From Laetmonice hystrix (Eukaryota): DNA of 60,000 bases. The translations under genes and the position numbers were made by a program. Positions within the stretch are counted from its first letter, which is position 1. The number at the start of each line of letters is the position of its first letter. Below, in pieces: positions 1 to 12,162 of this stretch. The notes below the pieces were generated by a model. That model saw only the letters and a program-made list of their open reading frames with translations, searched no databases and was not told the origin of the DNA. The stretch is from assembly GCA_965235115.1 (NCBI GenBank), contig OZ249436.1, forward strand, positions 11,720,001 to 11,780,000, in the 5' to 3' direction.

Positions 1-674
1 CAGTGCCATAAAGTACGTCAGTGGTCAGGAGGTGAGCATAAACCCGAAGATTCCGGTCCATCCGGCGGGTGAGGCAATCCCTTGAACGAAAGAAGAACAA
101 TATATAAAAGCTGTGATAATTACATTACTACAGTGTCTAGTCGGAGAACCATTCAGTGTTCCGATCCGAACAAAGTTTTATAAAAACATATTTCCTTATA
201 ACATTATGTCCTTTACGTTAGCCATATTCTGACCGTTCTGACAGGCGTTGCCCCCTTCAAATGGTCTATATAATAGACAGACTCCGGCGCCCACCCTACA
301 TGAGAGTAGAGTCTATCCTTGTTCTTTGGACCAATGCAGGATATGCTAATTGTGCCTTTGGAACATCACGACGGTACTAACGGGAAAATCGTATTATGGC
401 TGCATGCATGTGTATCATAGCTTACTAGTGTACAGCTTTTCTAGGCAGGGAGCAAAGGAGTCCATTCTTGCCAAAAGGTGCCAGTGAAGCGATAAAGGAT
501 CTACAGGTATATCCCGAAAGTTAATTGTGAGGTCTCATCGTTTTTCACCACATGTCATTTGCACGATACTAAATGTATATGAGAAAGAAAATGATTCGTG
601 TACGTATAGGCCTACATATCTGTTGTCATGAAGTACCATGACTTCAAAAAAGTAAATTACTCTATAATAATGCC

Positions 675-806
675 AATTCTGTATTTGTTAGGAAAAACAT
701 CACCCCACCCCATCCACCGAGACGACCCCCTTGGTGATCACAGGGGTAAGAATGAACCTCGATCAGCTCAACCCCTGGCTGTTCGTAAAAGGCAACAAAT
801 GGGGCG
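675..806 (+). repeat. Dispersed repeat with structured-RNA-like head, copy 1
   Basis: Diverged copy of 1702-1835; shares CAGGGGT..ACCCCTG and GTTCGTAAAAGGC(A/G)ACAAATGGGGCGA. Confidence 0.7.
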
Positions 807-1701
807 AGGGCTGGTGTGGGGAAGTGGTCGATTGACGTATCATCTGTGTGCCATAGATCGATTTATATCTTTCCAGTAGCCTACCATTTTTTCCAACGGC
901 CCTCCGCCGTACATGGGAGCATAAAGCAGGATTATCTCAACATCTCATCACGGAGATTTAGACAATTTATTTAGCTTGGTGTAGCCTACAATTTTGATGT
1001 CTTTATTTGTCTGTCTACTGCTAGAGTATTAATCACTAGAGTCGCTCGTCAGTAAAAGCTATACCCAAAAGTTTACACCCAGTGTAGATGTGCTACAGTT
1101 TCTTCAATCACAGCCGACGTATTTGTAGCCCTATACTTCAGTTGCATCGAGTTGGGCCGTTTCTTTTCGGGCCCCATACAGTCCCAGCTGGCAGGAAAAC
1201 GGGGAACCATAGAGCCAAGCGCGTCTAAGATTTTCAGCGGCGGAGTGGGAGGGGTTCCCGGGAAATTGTTAAAAATTACGCGATTTCCCGCCATTTAGGG
1301 GGCATTTTAGGGCATTATATTTTGTGGATTCATCGTTCAACGGGTTCAAAACGGCGAGAATGCTTCGCACTTGCTCGTTCAACGTTATTTCGTTTAATCT
1401 AAGAGGGAGAAAATCTATGCTCTGGGGGAGCAGTGGAGCCGGACACCCTGCCCCCCGGACAAGTAGGCCTGATAGCCGCTGCAGCCCCCGGTTTCGATGG
1501 CCTTAAAATTTGATTGCCATGTTATTATGTAGGTCAGTACTTAATATTTCAAGTGCCTCCATCGGAGTTCGTTGAAAGAGGTTGTACCAGGGACGGACTA
1601 CAAATAGGCCTACTTTACTATGTAATGTGTACGTTCATGAATGTTTTAACGGACTTTTGTTATTGAGAAAGGCTTGCGTGTTCAGCGTTGCCGTCGTTCA
1701 T

Positions 1702-1835
1702 ATTCTGTATTTGTCCGGCAAAATATCACCTCCCCCCCCCCCACCATCCACCGGGACGACCCCCTCGAGGATCAGGGGTACGAATAATCCTCAGCTCAAC
1801 CCCTGGCTGTTCGTAAAAGGCGACAAATGGGGCGA
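1702..1835 (+). repeat. Dispersed repeat with structured-RNA-like head, copy 2
   Basis: Second copy; the adjacent 1634-1698 segment is also duplicated at 2212-2277. Confidence 0.7.
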
Positions 1836-1934
1836 TTATGTACGACAGTAACATTACAAGTGTTTACTGCGTAATGCGTTTAATGAGGTTGTGCGAGGCA
1901 CAGACTGATATATGATGCACATTACTATGTTTAA

Positions 1935-2207
1935 AGGGACTCCGTCAATTCCCCCTCAATATGAAACATACCTTTCATCCTTAGCAACACGATATTTAAA
2001 TATGGCGATCAAATAATGGAAAAAAATGTAAGAAAATGACAAGTTCAGTCGCCTGAGCACGGTCCGTGGAGTTTACAAACCACCGCCATGGCAAACCGGC
2101 GCATGCGCCGTTGTTTTGCTTTTAATTTATTACGAGATTGCAGGTAAATCTAGGTTGTTTAATATGAGAGGGTGTCGATTTTGTGGCTTTTAATTGACGG
2201 GGCCCCT
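1935..2207. mobile_element. Non-autonomous DNA transposon, Kolobok-like MITE
   Basis: TTAA|AGGGACTCCGTCAATT ... AATTGACGGGGCCCCT|TTAA: TIRs flanked by TTAA. Confidence 0.75.
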
Positions 2208-2915
2208 TTAAGTTCGTGAATGTTTTAACGGAATCTTGCTATCGAGAAAGACTTGCATGTTCAGCTTTGCCGTCGTCTACATGTGCTGTGTATTTTTGCA
2301 CAGTGTTGTGATAAACACAATTTTGCAATAAAGGTTGTGAGAAAAAAATGATTTCATTTATGTTTAGAACACGTCTAGGTAACTACGGAATTAAACCGGC
2401 ACGGCATACGGCAAAGAGAAGATGGGGGGGGGGGGGGGGGGTTCCATTACTAATTGATGATGAAAGGATCTTTTAAGTCTATAGAAGATTTCTCCAAACC
2501 AAACAGTCAGAGTCAGTTGTAACAGAAAACCTAATAACCATTAACATTAACATGAATTTATTTGATCTTCAGTAAAACGACCGAACTTTGATCAAGATCT
2601 GCTCCTAGGTCCGTTACCACTGGCAATCGTGTAAAATTCGTCTAAAATTGACGGTCATGTACGGTAAACAATACCGTAAATGCAAGCATACCAACAGGTT
2701 TACACCAATAGGCCCTGCATATATCCTGGCCGACTCAACACATAAGGCACATGGATGCTAGCATTAGTGAGGCAGCTGCGGGGCGACAATTTTCACAACA
2801 ATTCGATAGAACTATACGTTGGTAATCTCTGACATAAGAAAATGATCTAAAGCCAATATGAAATGACTTGAGCAATTGACCTGTGGAGGCAAATACCGAA
2901 GCTTGATTTTCCCAA

Positions 2916-3874
2916 TACCGGTTATAACGAAGTACTCGGGACCGCGGGAAAAATTCGCTATAGAGTCTATGCGGAATTTCGTTATAAGCGGGAGACGTCT
3001 TAATGTGTCAGTTGGCCACCAGGGGGCTCTCCCTACTAGATTTAGTCATGATGTCCGTAACTGCCGCTAGAGTGCTCTCTAGGTAGGCCTAAATATAGGC
3101 CTAATCGCCAAACAATTTTTTGTTTAGGACCAATGACTATGAGTTATAGACATCCTATTATGCAACACTTGAAATATCGCTTTGTACTATCATTATCATA
3201 TATTAGTGTCCCAGCTTTGGAGGGGTGGTGCCAAAACAGCCTCGTAGTCTATGAGTAGACTCTATGGGGAGGCGCACCTGTAAATCCCACACTTGGAGAA
3301 AATAATCAAACGATGGGGGGTGTAGGGGGGGGGGGGTGAAAATTGAGTATGTTTGGTAGGGGTCTATAGGGGCCCAGGATACCAATGTGAGATATAGACT
3401 GAGTTTGGCAGCTCTCCCCAGATAGACAGACCGCGGCCTCCAGACCATGGCCCCTCAGTGGCAAAGGCGGCATGTATTTTTGACCAAGGCGGTGACAAGT
3501 CGCTCTTTTCTTCACAAGTCGCCGCCAGTAGGCAAGCTAAACATGAGCCTGTGGGCAAGGCAGTCAGTAACACCCCCCCTCCCAATTACGTAATGACATG
3601 TGTCCAGTTAAGGGAGTTTATTCTCTCCCACCCGGCGGTCACACCTGCCGACTTGGGTCAGTTGCCACTTGACCTACTTCGCTATAGCCGGGAAGTTGTC
3701 ACTTTGGGACTGGAAAGGCCTTCGTTATAAGCGAAAATTCGTTATAGGCAAACTTCGTTATATCCGGACTAAATTATATTAAACATAATAGAGACTGATT
3801 CCGTTCCTGAGATTGACTTCGCTATAGGCGGGAATTCGTTATAAGCGTGTTCGTTATAACCGGACTCCACTGTA
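2916..3874. mobile_element. pogo/Tigger-like MITE remnant
   Basis: Right end reads (reverse complement) TA|CAGTGGAGTCCGGTTATAACGAAC; repeated TTCGTTATAA/TTCGCTATAG subterminal motifs; inverted partial end at ~2918. Confidence 0.55.
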
Positions 3875-4295
3875 AAGGGTAAAATGTACACTATGAGAGG
3901 GATTATAAACCCTGTATCTATGGCAACGGTTGCTATGCCTGTCGGAGGAGTGTGGTATTAAACCATACCGCGATTTACAAAAAAAATTATGATAACTATG
4001 CCACACCAATCAAAATACTTTTACTGCTAGAATCGGTAGCAGACGACCTGGTTGAGACCATTTGATGATTTGATGGCAAGGTGAGTCATTTATGGCTTTC
4101 GACAATGTGCGCATTGAGCCAATTCTGGATCAACACTTATATGTGACCTTCTTAGAAGATCTTACTTAGAATAATTAAATCTGGAGAACAACAGCAGAAA
4201 AGGGATAAGCACGTAGCCTTAACTGACACTGTGTCAACTTCATCCAGAGATCGTTGACATATTTTTAATTATCTGATACATTCATGCAACAAACA

Positions 4296-7200
4296 CTAGC
4301 TTTCCTGCTGAAACTGAAGTACGTACGCCTGCTTTTCCAATTGGGCACGTGTATAGTTTAACCCTTGTTTGATCCATTCATTGAGAACGCGAGCCCTGAA
4401 CTTGGAGACTGACCATTCTCCCTCCCAGTTGACATTAGTCATGAGTTGAAGATTTCCTTGAGGCTGGTCACGGAATGAGGTCGGTTTAGGGCAGCCATAA
4501 TGGTCTCTGGTCGCCACGTGTTCCTGTGGACTACTCCCAGCCTTAACTCGGTCTCGATTCTCATGAAGCCGCCGACATACGAAACACTCGAACTCTTCCA
4601 CAAAATTCGGCTTGGAAAAATCGTTGTTAATACCCCACGTCCTTCTTTCGGTCAAGTTCTTGAGGAATGGGTTTGTGACTCCAGTGTTTTTAAAACTAAG
4701 ATATTTCTCATATTCACTGTCACTTTGGTTTAAGCGCTTCAAAAGAGCAACAAGGTCGTCGATTTTCTCAAAATCTGAGACTAGAATAGCACTCGTCTTG
4801 CTTGGTAGAAGGTCCTGAAAAAAGTGTCATGCTAATCTGATGAAAAATAACTGAATTATAGATTCTAACAAATGGTTGAATAATGTGTACACCCAGTCCG
4901 TATACATACATATATGTATAGCATTTCCCCCTTACCCTTAAAAGGTTATGTAATATAGACAAAAATGTAATAATTAATTAAACCATCTGATTAAGAAGAG
5001 AAAAAGAATAGGTCAAATGCTAGACAAGGATCCTACTGACCTCAATGGTTGGTGATCCGTAGATGATAGGAACTGAGCCAACCTTGAGAGGCCGCCAAAC
5101 CTTTTCTGTGATGTAATCATTACAGATGGCATTCTCAAACGTCAAAGTAAACTTGTATTGGGCAACAAGTCTGTGGAAGTCAGTATGCTCCATTCCAGAA
5201 AGTGGATCTTGTAAACTGGAATGGGAACAATAATGAAGTAATCCGGCGCCAATGAAATATAGTGGCCCATCCTCCAAGATTTCCTACCATGATATCGTTC
5301 TTCAGTGTTGAACACAGGAAAAATGTTCAATTTTATTGACATTTAAAACCCTAGCTGCATCCTAGGACCAGCAGTTATAAAGTTCCCTGATGCTACTCTT
5401 ATAAAAGCCAAGGTATGACAAATCGGAGAGGCTCACTGTTTTGGCAGTTCCCGGTTGTGCTCACAGGTACCGTATGAATCAACGGGTAGGTGGCGCTGCA
5501 ACATCTGGACGAGGCGGTCCCGGTCAGAGGGGGCGCCACAGTCGCTCTGTACATAGTTAACGAGTGCCAGCTTCTGCTCCCTCATCAGGCGGTTCTTGTC
5601 GGCTGTAGATATTAAATACTTTCTGCTCTCTAGCTCGGCTATATTCTCTAGATACTGCACAGTCAACGGAAAATCTGACTCGCGCCGAAAGGTTGATGTG
5701 TGGTTAAACAACTCCATCACCTCTTTGTGGGAAAACAGGAAAACGTTTTTGGGAGATTCTTCATGAAGAAGGCCCCATTCATGGTGCGATTTTCGGGGCA
5801 ACGGTAAATCGCCGTAGTCGAAATCAGTTCCGTAAAACATAAACACCTGTTTAAACGAAATGACATTTACTGATAACATGTATCGGAGACACACTGTTTA
5901 TAATACATGCCTGTCGTAATTCATTTCGTATTTCTTTTATTTTTTTTTTAATAAATAAACGACACGTCCCTAGCTGACAAATCTAAAATAGTCTGAAGCA
6001 TTATTTGAGATAGGATAAACAGATATCCCCAATGTGGAATGATAAACGAGAAGACCAGAGAAGTGTCTCCAGGGGGACGAAGGTAATCCCATTCTTCCCC
6101 AAAGCTCACTTTTGTGTTCGGATGATTTCTGTAGCTTCTGTCGATTGTGAAGAAGCAGGTTTTGTCACCACAAGATCTTGGAGTTCCCTGGTCCTGAGTG
6201 AATGGAGTCCACCATAATATAATGGGATGAGGAATTTCTGCCTTAGTCTCCTTTTTCGCTTCCCGTGGTTCACTTTCAGGCACGTCTAAAGACAGTCAAT
6301 ACACTATACAATATCAGGAACCCAAAGAGCTTTTCCCAATAAAGACCTATGTTAATGCAAAAAAAATAATAGCCCTCAGTCAGATTTCAAATTTCACATC
6401 CTATATTCGCTGGTGGTCAAACTGGTGATTGGGCATAACTATCTGTTGCAGAATTCGAGAAAGACTAGTTTTTAAAATTGGCAGACCAGAGGAGGGCAAT
6501 ATTTATTGTCATTTGATTATTTCACAGCTCCAAACTCCGTATGAAATGCTTACCCTGGTGGTGGTCAGGATCTTCGATATAGTCATGGCTCTGGGCTGAC
6601 TGAGGCTCCCTGTTCACAACCTGGTCAATGGAACATAACTAGAAATGATAAAATGAAGGACCTCGTCGGTTTTTAGGTTAGGCCTAGATACTGCCCTACA
6701 ACGTTTTCACTTTGCACACTTTCACTACATACAATAGGGACGCTTTGATTTAATTAGTTCACTCTAAATTCTAACACCCAGGTTGATACATAGGAAATCC
6801 CTGGGGTTGGGTGGGTGTTTGGAGTTCTACGCCTTGCAACAGCCAGGGTCATATCACGGCCTGCCCACGCCGGCTTACCCAGACAGCACGTTTACTGAAT
6901 ACATCGTGACACCCTGTGACCCTGCCTATCTCATACTCATATAGTCTGGTCACGAAGTCAGATATGTGTGCCGGGTCGGCTCAGTGATGGCCTCCTCTGT
7001 CTGACAACGTCCTGGATGGATTGACGTGTTCGAGAGAGCCAAATGTCGTTATTTCAGGAAATCATGAAGACTGACGACAAGTACAACTGTCCTAAACCAG
7101 CGAGTTGTGAGTCAGAGTGGGGCACGGCACAGGGTCTGAGGCTCACTCACGCTGACCGCCGACCAGCTGTGGGTCAGACTGGAGCACGCACAGGGTCAGC

Positions 7201-10200
7201 TCTGAGGCTCACTCACGCTGACCACGGACCAGTTGTGGGTCAGACTGGAGCACGGCACAGGGTCAGCTCTGAGGCTCACTCACGCTGACCGCCGACCAGC
7301 TGCGTGGCTCAGACTGGGGCACAGCACAGGGTCAGCTCTGAGGCTCACTCACGCTGACCACGGACCAGTTGTGGGTCAGACTGGAGCACGGCACAGGGTC
7401 TGAGGCTCACTCACGCTGACCGCCGACCAGCTGTGGGTCAGACTGGAGCACGCACAGGGTCAGCTCTGAGGCTCACTCACGCTGACCACCGACCAGCTGT
7501 GGGTCAGAGTGGAGCACGGCACAGGGTCAGCTCTGAGGCTCACTCACGCTGACCGCCGACCAGCTGTGGGTCACTCACGCTGACCGCCGACCAGCTGCGT
7601 GGCTCAGACTGGGGCACGGCACAGGGTCAGCTCTGAGGCTCCCTCACGCTGACCGCCGACCAGCTGTGGGTCACTCACGCTGACCGCCGACCAGCTGTGG
7701 GTCAGACTGGGGCACGGCACAGGGTCAGCTCTGAGGCTCACTCACGCTGACCGCCGACCAGCTGTGGGTCACTCACGCTGACCGCCGACCAGCTGCGTGG
7801 CTCAGACTGGGGCACGGCACAGGGTCAGCTCTGAGGCTCCCTCACGCTGACCGCCGACCGGCTGTGGGTCAATCACGCTGACCGCCGACCAGCTGCGTGG
7901 GTCAGACTGGAGTGTCACGGCACAAGGTCAGCTCTGACGCTCACTCACCCTGACCCGGCCACACGTGCAGGTATTATTGTTATATCACTCTGTGGGTTAC
8001 AGGCAGACCGTGGGGCCAGTGTCAACACATTTATCATGTTGATTGCACTCTAGTAAGCTTGGTTCATGTATACCTATACTGATGTCTAGGTCGAATACGT
8101 TTAATGTCTGACGCAACTCCAGCTGGCATACTCCATGCCTTGCGCTTCAGTAGGTGCAAATATATTACCTATTAGGTGCAAATATATTATATAGGCTATA
8201 CAGTAGGTGCAATTAGGCCTATATCAACGCGTTACGCGACGAGTTTACTACAGGCCGCATGCAGATCGACTTGGCGTGAAAAAGGACTTTTAGGCCTATG
8301 GTGTGCACAATTATTTAGACAAAAACTGCCTAATGGCTCATATAAATGGTTCCATATAAATATAGCCCTACCCCAGCCCACCCCACCTGCTTTTAATAAA
8401 TTTCAATTCAATGCGGATTCAATTTCGATTTTGCCCACAAAACTTGCAAGAAAATATGTAAAAAAGGATTTAGAGGCAGCATTCTATATTTTATACGAAT
8501 GTGTTTTAGGTTTTCTAATTTTTTGCCACTTTGCCTTCCCTTTATATATCCGTTTTGATGATACAAGGCTTAGGCTGCGAATGAAGTTAAATGATTATGG
8601 GAGAGGTGGTCGTTTCTGGGGGTCCGCGGGGCGTCCCCCGGAAAATTATTCCATTTAGAACTTGGAAGACTAGCGTTTTTAGTTACGTTAGTTAGGCCTA
8701 AACCGAGGCTTTAAGCCTAATGTAGGCTCTCCACTAAGGCGATCATCCGATAAAGCGACAAGCCGATCTTTGCTGTCATCGGATGGAAATCGCTTAGGTG
8801 AAGCGAACGAACGATATTGAACCGAAAGGCGTCTCCACTGCCTGCTCCACTAAGGCGATCATCCGAAAAATCGGAAAGATAGAAATCGCTTGGTGAAGCG
8901 AACGAACGATACTGAACCGAAAGGCGTCTCCACTGCCCGCCGCGAACATTATCGTTTATCGTTATCGGTGTACCCAATAGCCGCGTCCCCTGGGAACTAC
9001 TCTGGGGTTACCCAGCTGCAATTTTGCAGAGGTGGCCAAATATGGCTGTCAAATATGTGGTTACAATTTCAAGAAATTCGGAGACATCAACTTTTTTGCC
9101 ATTGGTTCAACATGGAATGACCCACCTGCGAATGTCAAAAAAATTGCTGTATTCATGATACATTAAAGACTGGAAGGAAAGCTAGCACATTACTGATTTT
9201 TTTGTCAACTGTACATATGTATGTGCTTATTATTTGAAAAAAGTTTGGAGACTGTGCTCTTAATCCCTTTTGTGTGACAATTTTTCATATGTGGGGCCTG
9301 ATACATGTACCATATTTTTCATTTTTTTTTGCCATTTTTGATAGGACTTCATTAAAAATCTATTCCAAGTTCGAAACTTGTAATATATTTTCTTAAAAGA
9401 ACTCCCCATAGACTATCCATGTGCCAAATTTGAAATACAAATATTGAAAACTAACTTTTTTAGAGCACTTTAAACTTTCAGAAATATCCATCTCCTCCAA
9501 AAAGTCGGATATCACTATGCTTAAGGTCAAATAACTAGGAATTTTTAGCATAAATGAACCATTTTGGACTATGATTATATAGGAATATGGCCTGTAAGCA
9601 TTCCCTGAAAGTTGTGTGAAGATCTATAAAGAATTAAAGAAAATATGCCTTTTCAAATGGGAAAAACCCTGTTACACAGCTAAATATTTTATGTAAAAAT
9701 TGGCCAAAACGCCATTTTGGCACCACTCGTACAGAAACAATATTCCCAGGATGAACCTGTTGTCTTGTATTTTGCATATACCTACCAAGGACAGTAAGTT
9801 AATAAAATATGGGAATACTCACTCTTATAATTGTGCTGTTATAGGTCCTCAAAATCGGCACAAAAATAAGCGAAACTTAGGTCCGGAAAGGGTCCAAGGG
9901 GTAAACAATTTAAAAAGCCATATCTCGAACACTATTTGGAGTACAGAAATAAAATTTTGCATGGCCCCATGAATTGGATCAAAGTATTTATGAGTAAAAT
10001 TTCTTTAAAATCTAAAATATAATTTATCTTCGTCGATGTTGGCGGGGAGGGAAGAGCCAGTGATGGGGGGGGGGGGGGGGGGGGGGTCAGATCTGGCGCC
10101 AATCCACATTCCATGATTATAATTATGAATGGTCCAACAAAATTCAGTATTTTTCGGCGCGAAATCGAAATGATATTAAGAAATGTGGATAAAGTGATCC

Positions 10201-11376
10201 TCGCTGGAGTTGTACTTCACAACTATTGTCGACAATCTGGACTGACATCGGGCCCTTCCCTTGATGGTTCCGCTTTGATGGCCCATCTCTTCCTTTTTTA
10301 TGTGCTACAGATGCTGCAGTTCGATTTCGAATATTTTTTTACGCTTTCCATATTCGGTAATGATCGTCTTTCCTTGCACATTTCTTGCTGTTCGAACCAT
10401 CTTGTCACGCGGTCATAATATTTTGTATTGCCGAAAGAAGAATTGTGTCACGTGACATACTTTTAGCGACACCTACAGGTCCTTGCACACACCACTTAGC
10501 TGAGAAGACTAGGCCTAGTGGAAACTGAAGCGAACGAGCCGATCAGCCGATTCAGAACCGAGAACATTAAACAAGTTTAATGTTATCGGCTGGCGGAGCG
10601 ATCGTGAACCGACCTTCAGGCGACCGGGCGATGCTCAACCGAGAACCATCTCCACTAAGGCGAAGTTCGGCTCATGCAGGCGATCTAGAAGCGAACTTTT
10701 TCGCTCCTGTTATCGCTTCAGATTTCGGCTTAGTGGAGACGGGTTTTGCAGTTTAATGTTATCGGTTGGCGAAGCGATCTTCAACCGATCTTCAGGCGAC
10801 CGGGCGAACCTCAACCGAGAACCATCTCCACTAAGGCGATCTAGAAGCGAACTTTTTCGCCCCTGTTATCGCTTCAGATATCGGCTTAGTGGAGAGGGGG
10901 CATAAGGCCAACTAGGCCTACTTATATTAGCAATTAGGCCTATGTCTCCCTTACCATCCATAACTTCGTAATATTCTAATAATCGAACAAAGCCATCTGG
11001 ATAACATCAGGCCAGCCGACCGTTGGGATAACGACCGCCCCGGCCGCCTGGCCAGTGGGACCCCAGGCCGAGACCCCGGACGTCGGGCGGCCGGAGCGCC
11101 CGCGGGGGCCTCTCAGGCTGTCACCGCCCGCGCCTGGCGCCGGGACTCGGGCGCTCGGTCCCCACCAGGTCCACCAGACTGGCCCGGAGGAAGCTGGCGT
11201 GAACTTACGGTGAACTCGAGGTTCCCATCATTGATGCTGAGATCCTTGACATTCAGTTGGGTTTTAACATGACAAACTTTTCAAGAGCTCACCTGAAACG
11301 CTATTATCAAGATCCCGATGAAGGTAACCGCTACGGAGCCCATTGCACACCGTACCATGAGCCTGTACGACACCAT
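4296..11376 (-). CDS. FUT10/11: GT10 alpha-1,3-fucosyltransferase, FUT10/FUT11 (POFUT3/4) type, 6 coding exons, ~476 aa
   Basis: Exons in transcript order: 11376-11293 (MVSYRLMVRCAMGSVAVTFIGILIIAFQ, type II TM anchor), 6620-6554, 6285-6110, 5846-5437, 5215-5041, 4814-4296. All introns GT-AG with consistent phases; total 1431 nt. Motifs WWTPF, FYGTDF, LPLPR, HEESPKN, QSDC..PSDRD, VDSYGTC, YKFTLTFENAICNDYITEK.WRP. FUT10 vs FUT11 not resolved; the link to exon 1 is inferred. Confidence 0.9.
7113..7955. repeat. GC-rich minisatellite, ~62-67 bp unit with truncated variants, in FUT intron 1
   Basis: Unit GGGTCAGACTGGAGCACGGCACAGGGTCAGCTCTGAGGCTCACTCACGCTGACCGCCGACCAGCTGT, roughly 13-15 copies. Confidence 0.95.
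8725..10902. mobile_element. Degenerate PIF/Harbinger element with transposase fragment and nested insertion
   Basis: Inverted termini CTCTCCACTAAG / CTTAGTGGAGAG with subterminal repeats; 10143-10235 encodes FSIFRREIEMILRNVDKVILAGVVLHNYCRQ, resembling the DDE_Tnp_4/HARBI1 C-terminal LHN motif. Confidence 0.65.
9335..10015. mobile_element. Partial arm of the long-TIR element family seen at 53501-55087
   Basis: High-identity match to 54197-54990 (direct) and 53560-54190 (inverted). Confidence 0.85.
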
Positions 11377-12162
11377 CGTTTGGCCATCTTTCAACAGTAC
11401 TCAACTTGGGGTGCCACCTAGCGATTCATACGAACTCTACTCAACTTCTATGCGCCATCTATTGTCTAATATTGTCATTACGCTTGCACCAGATGGAACC
11501 AAAACCGGGGGGGGGGGGGGGGGGGGGGTTGGAGAAAGAATTTGGTGTCATTGTCCTACCCTTGATTGGCAAATATTTGTTATTGTCTTCTTATATCATT
11601 TATTAATATGGACCTGGAGGAGGGGGGGGGGGGTTGAACAAAAAAACATACTTCTCATCTGTGAAATACAATATTTTAATGATAATGTGTGGGGCAAGGT
11701 TTAGATCAGAACTAATGCTGGTGAGACGGTTGAAATATAAAGCATTAGCCTAATAATTTGGACAAATCCTGATGGAATGTCAACATCTCTAAATACAAAG
11801 ATCAAAAACTGCAATCAATGTCTTGTACTTTTGATATCAGATAAATGTTGGTACAACCAGCTCGTACATTGGTTTTTCCCACAGGTCAATACATAACAGG
11901 TGAAAACATGATTAGCGTTGACTATTTCAGTGCTGTAGAATAGCTACCGCTCACAATAATCATGTGTTTAGACTTTATATTTAAATCCGCTACCTCATGG
12001 TAGGCCAGAGTAGGACAGAAAATGTCCCTACTCATTAAAACATCATTTTTGGAGTCAGTTTCTTTTAAAGTGAATGGAGACAATTACAGGAAAAATCTGG
12101 TGAATTAAGTTTGTTTAGAAGACAGTCAGTATGGACCACTGATTGGTCATTTGTCCCTCACA

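Noticed and set aside
445..506. Exon-like AG..GT segment near the window start
   Set aside because: No recognisable peptide or partner exons.
10499..10526. Hammerhead-like CTGAGAAG-stem-GGAAAC
   Set aside because: Core deviates from CUGANGA and no convincing stems I and III or cleavage triplet were found.
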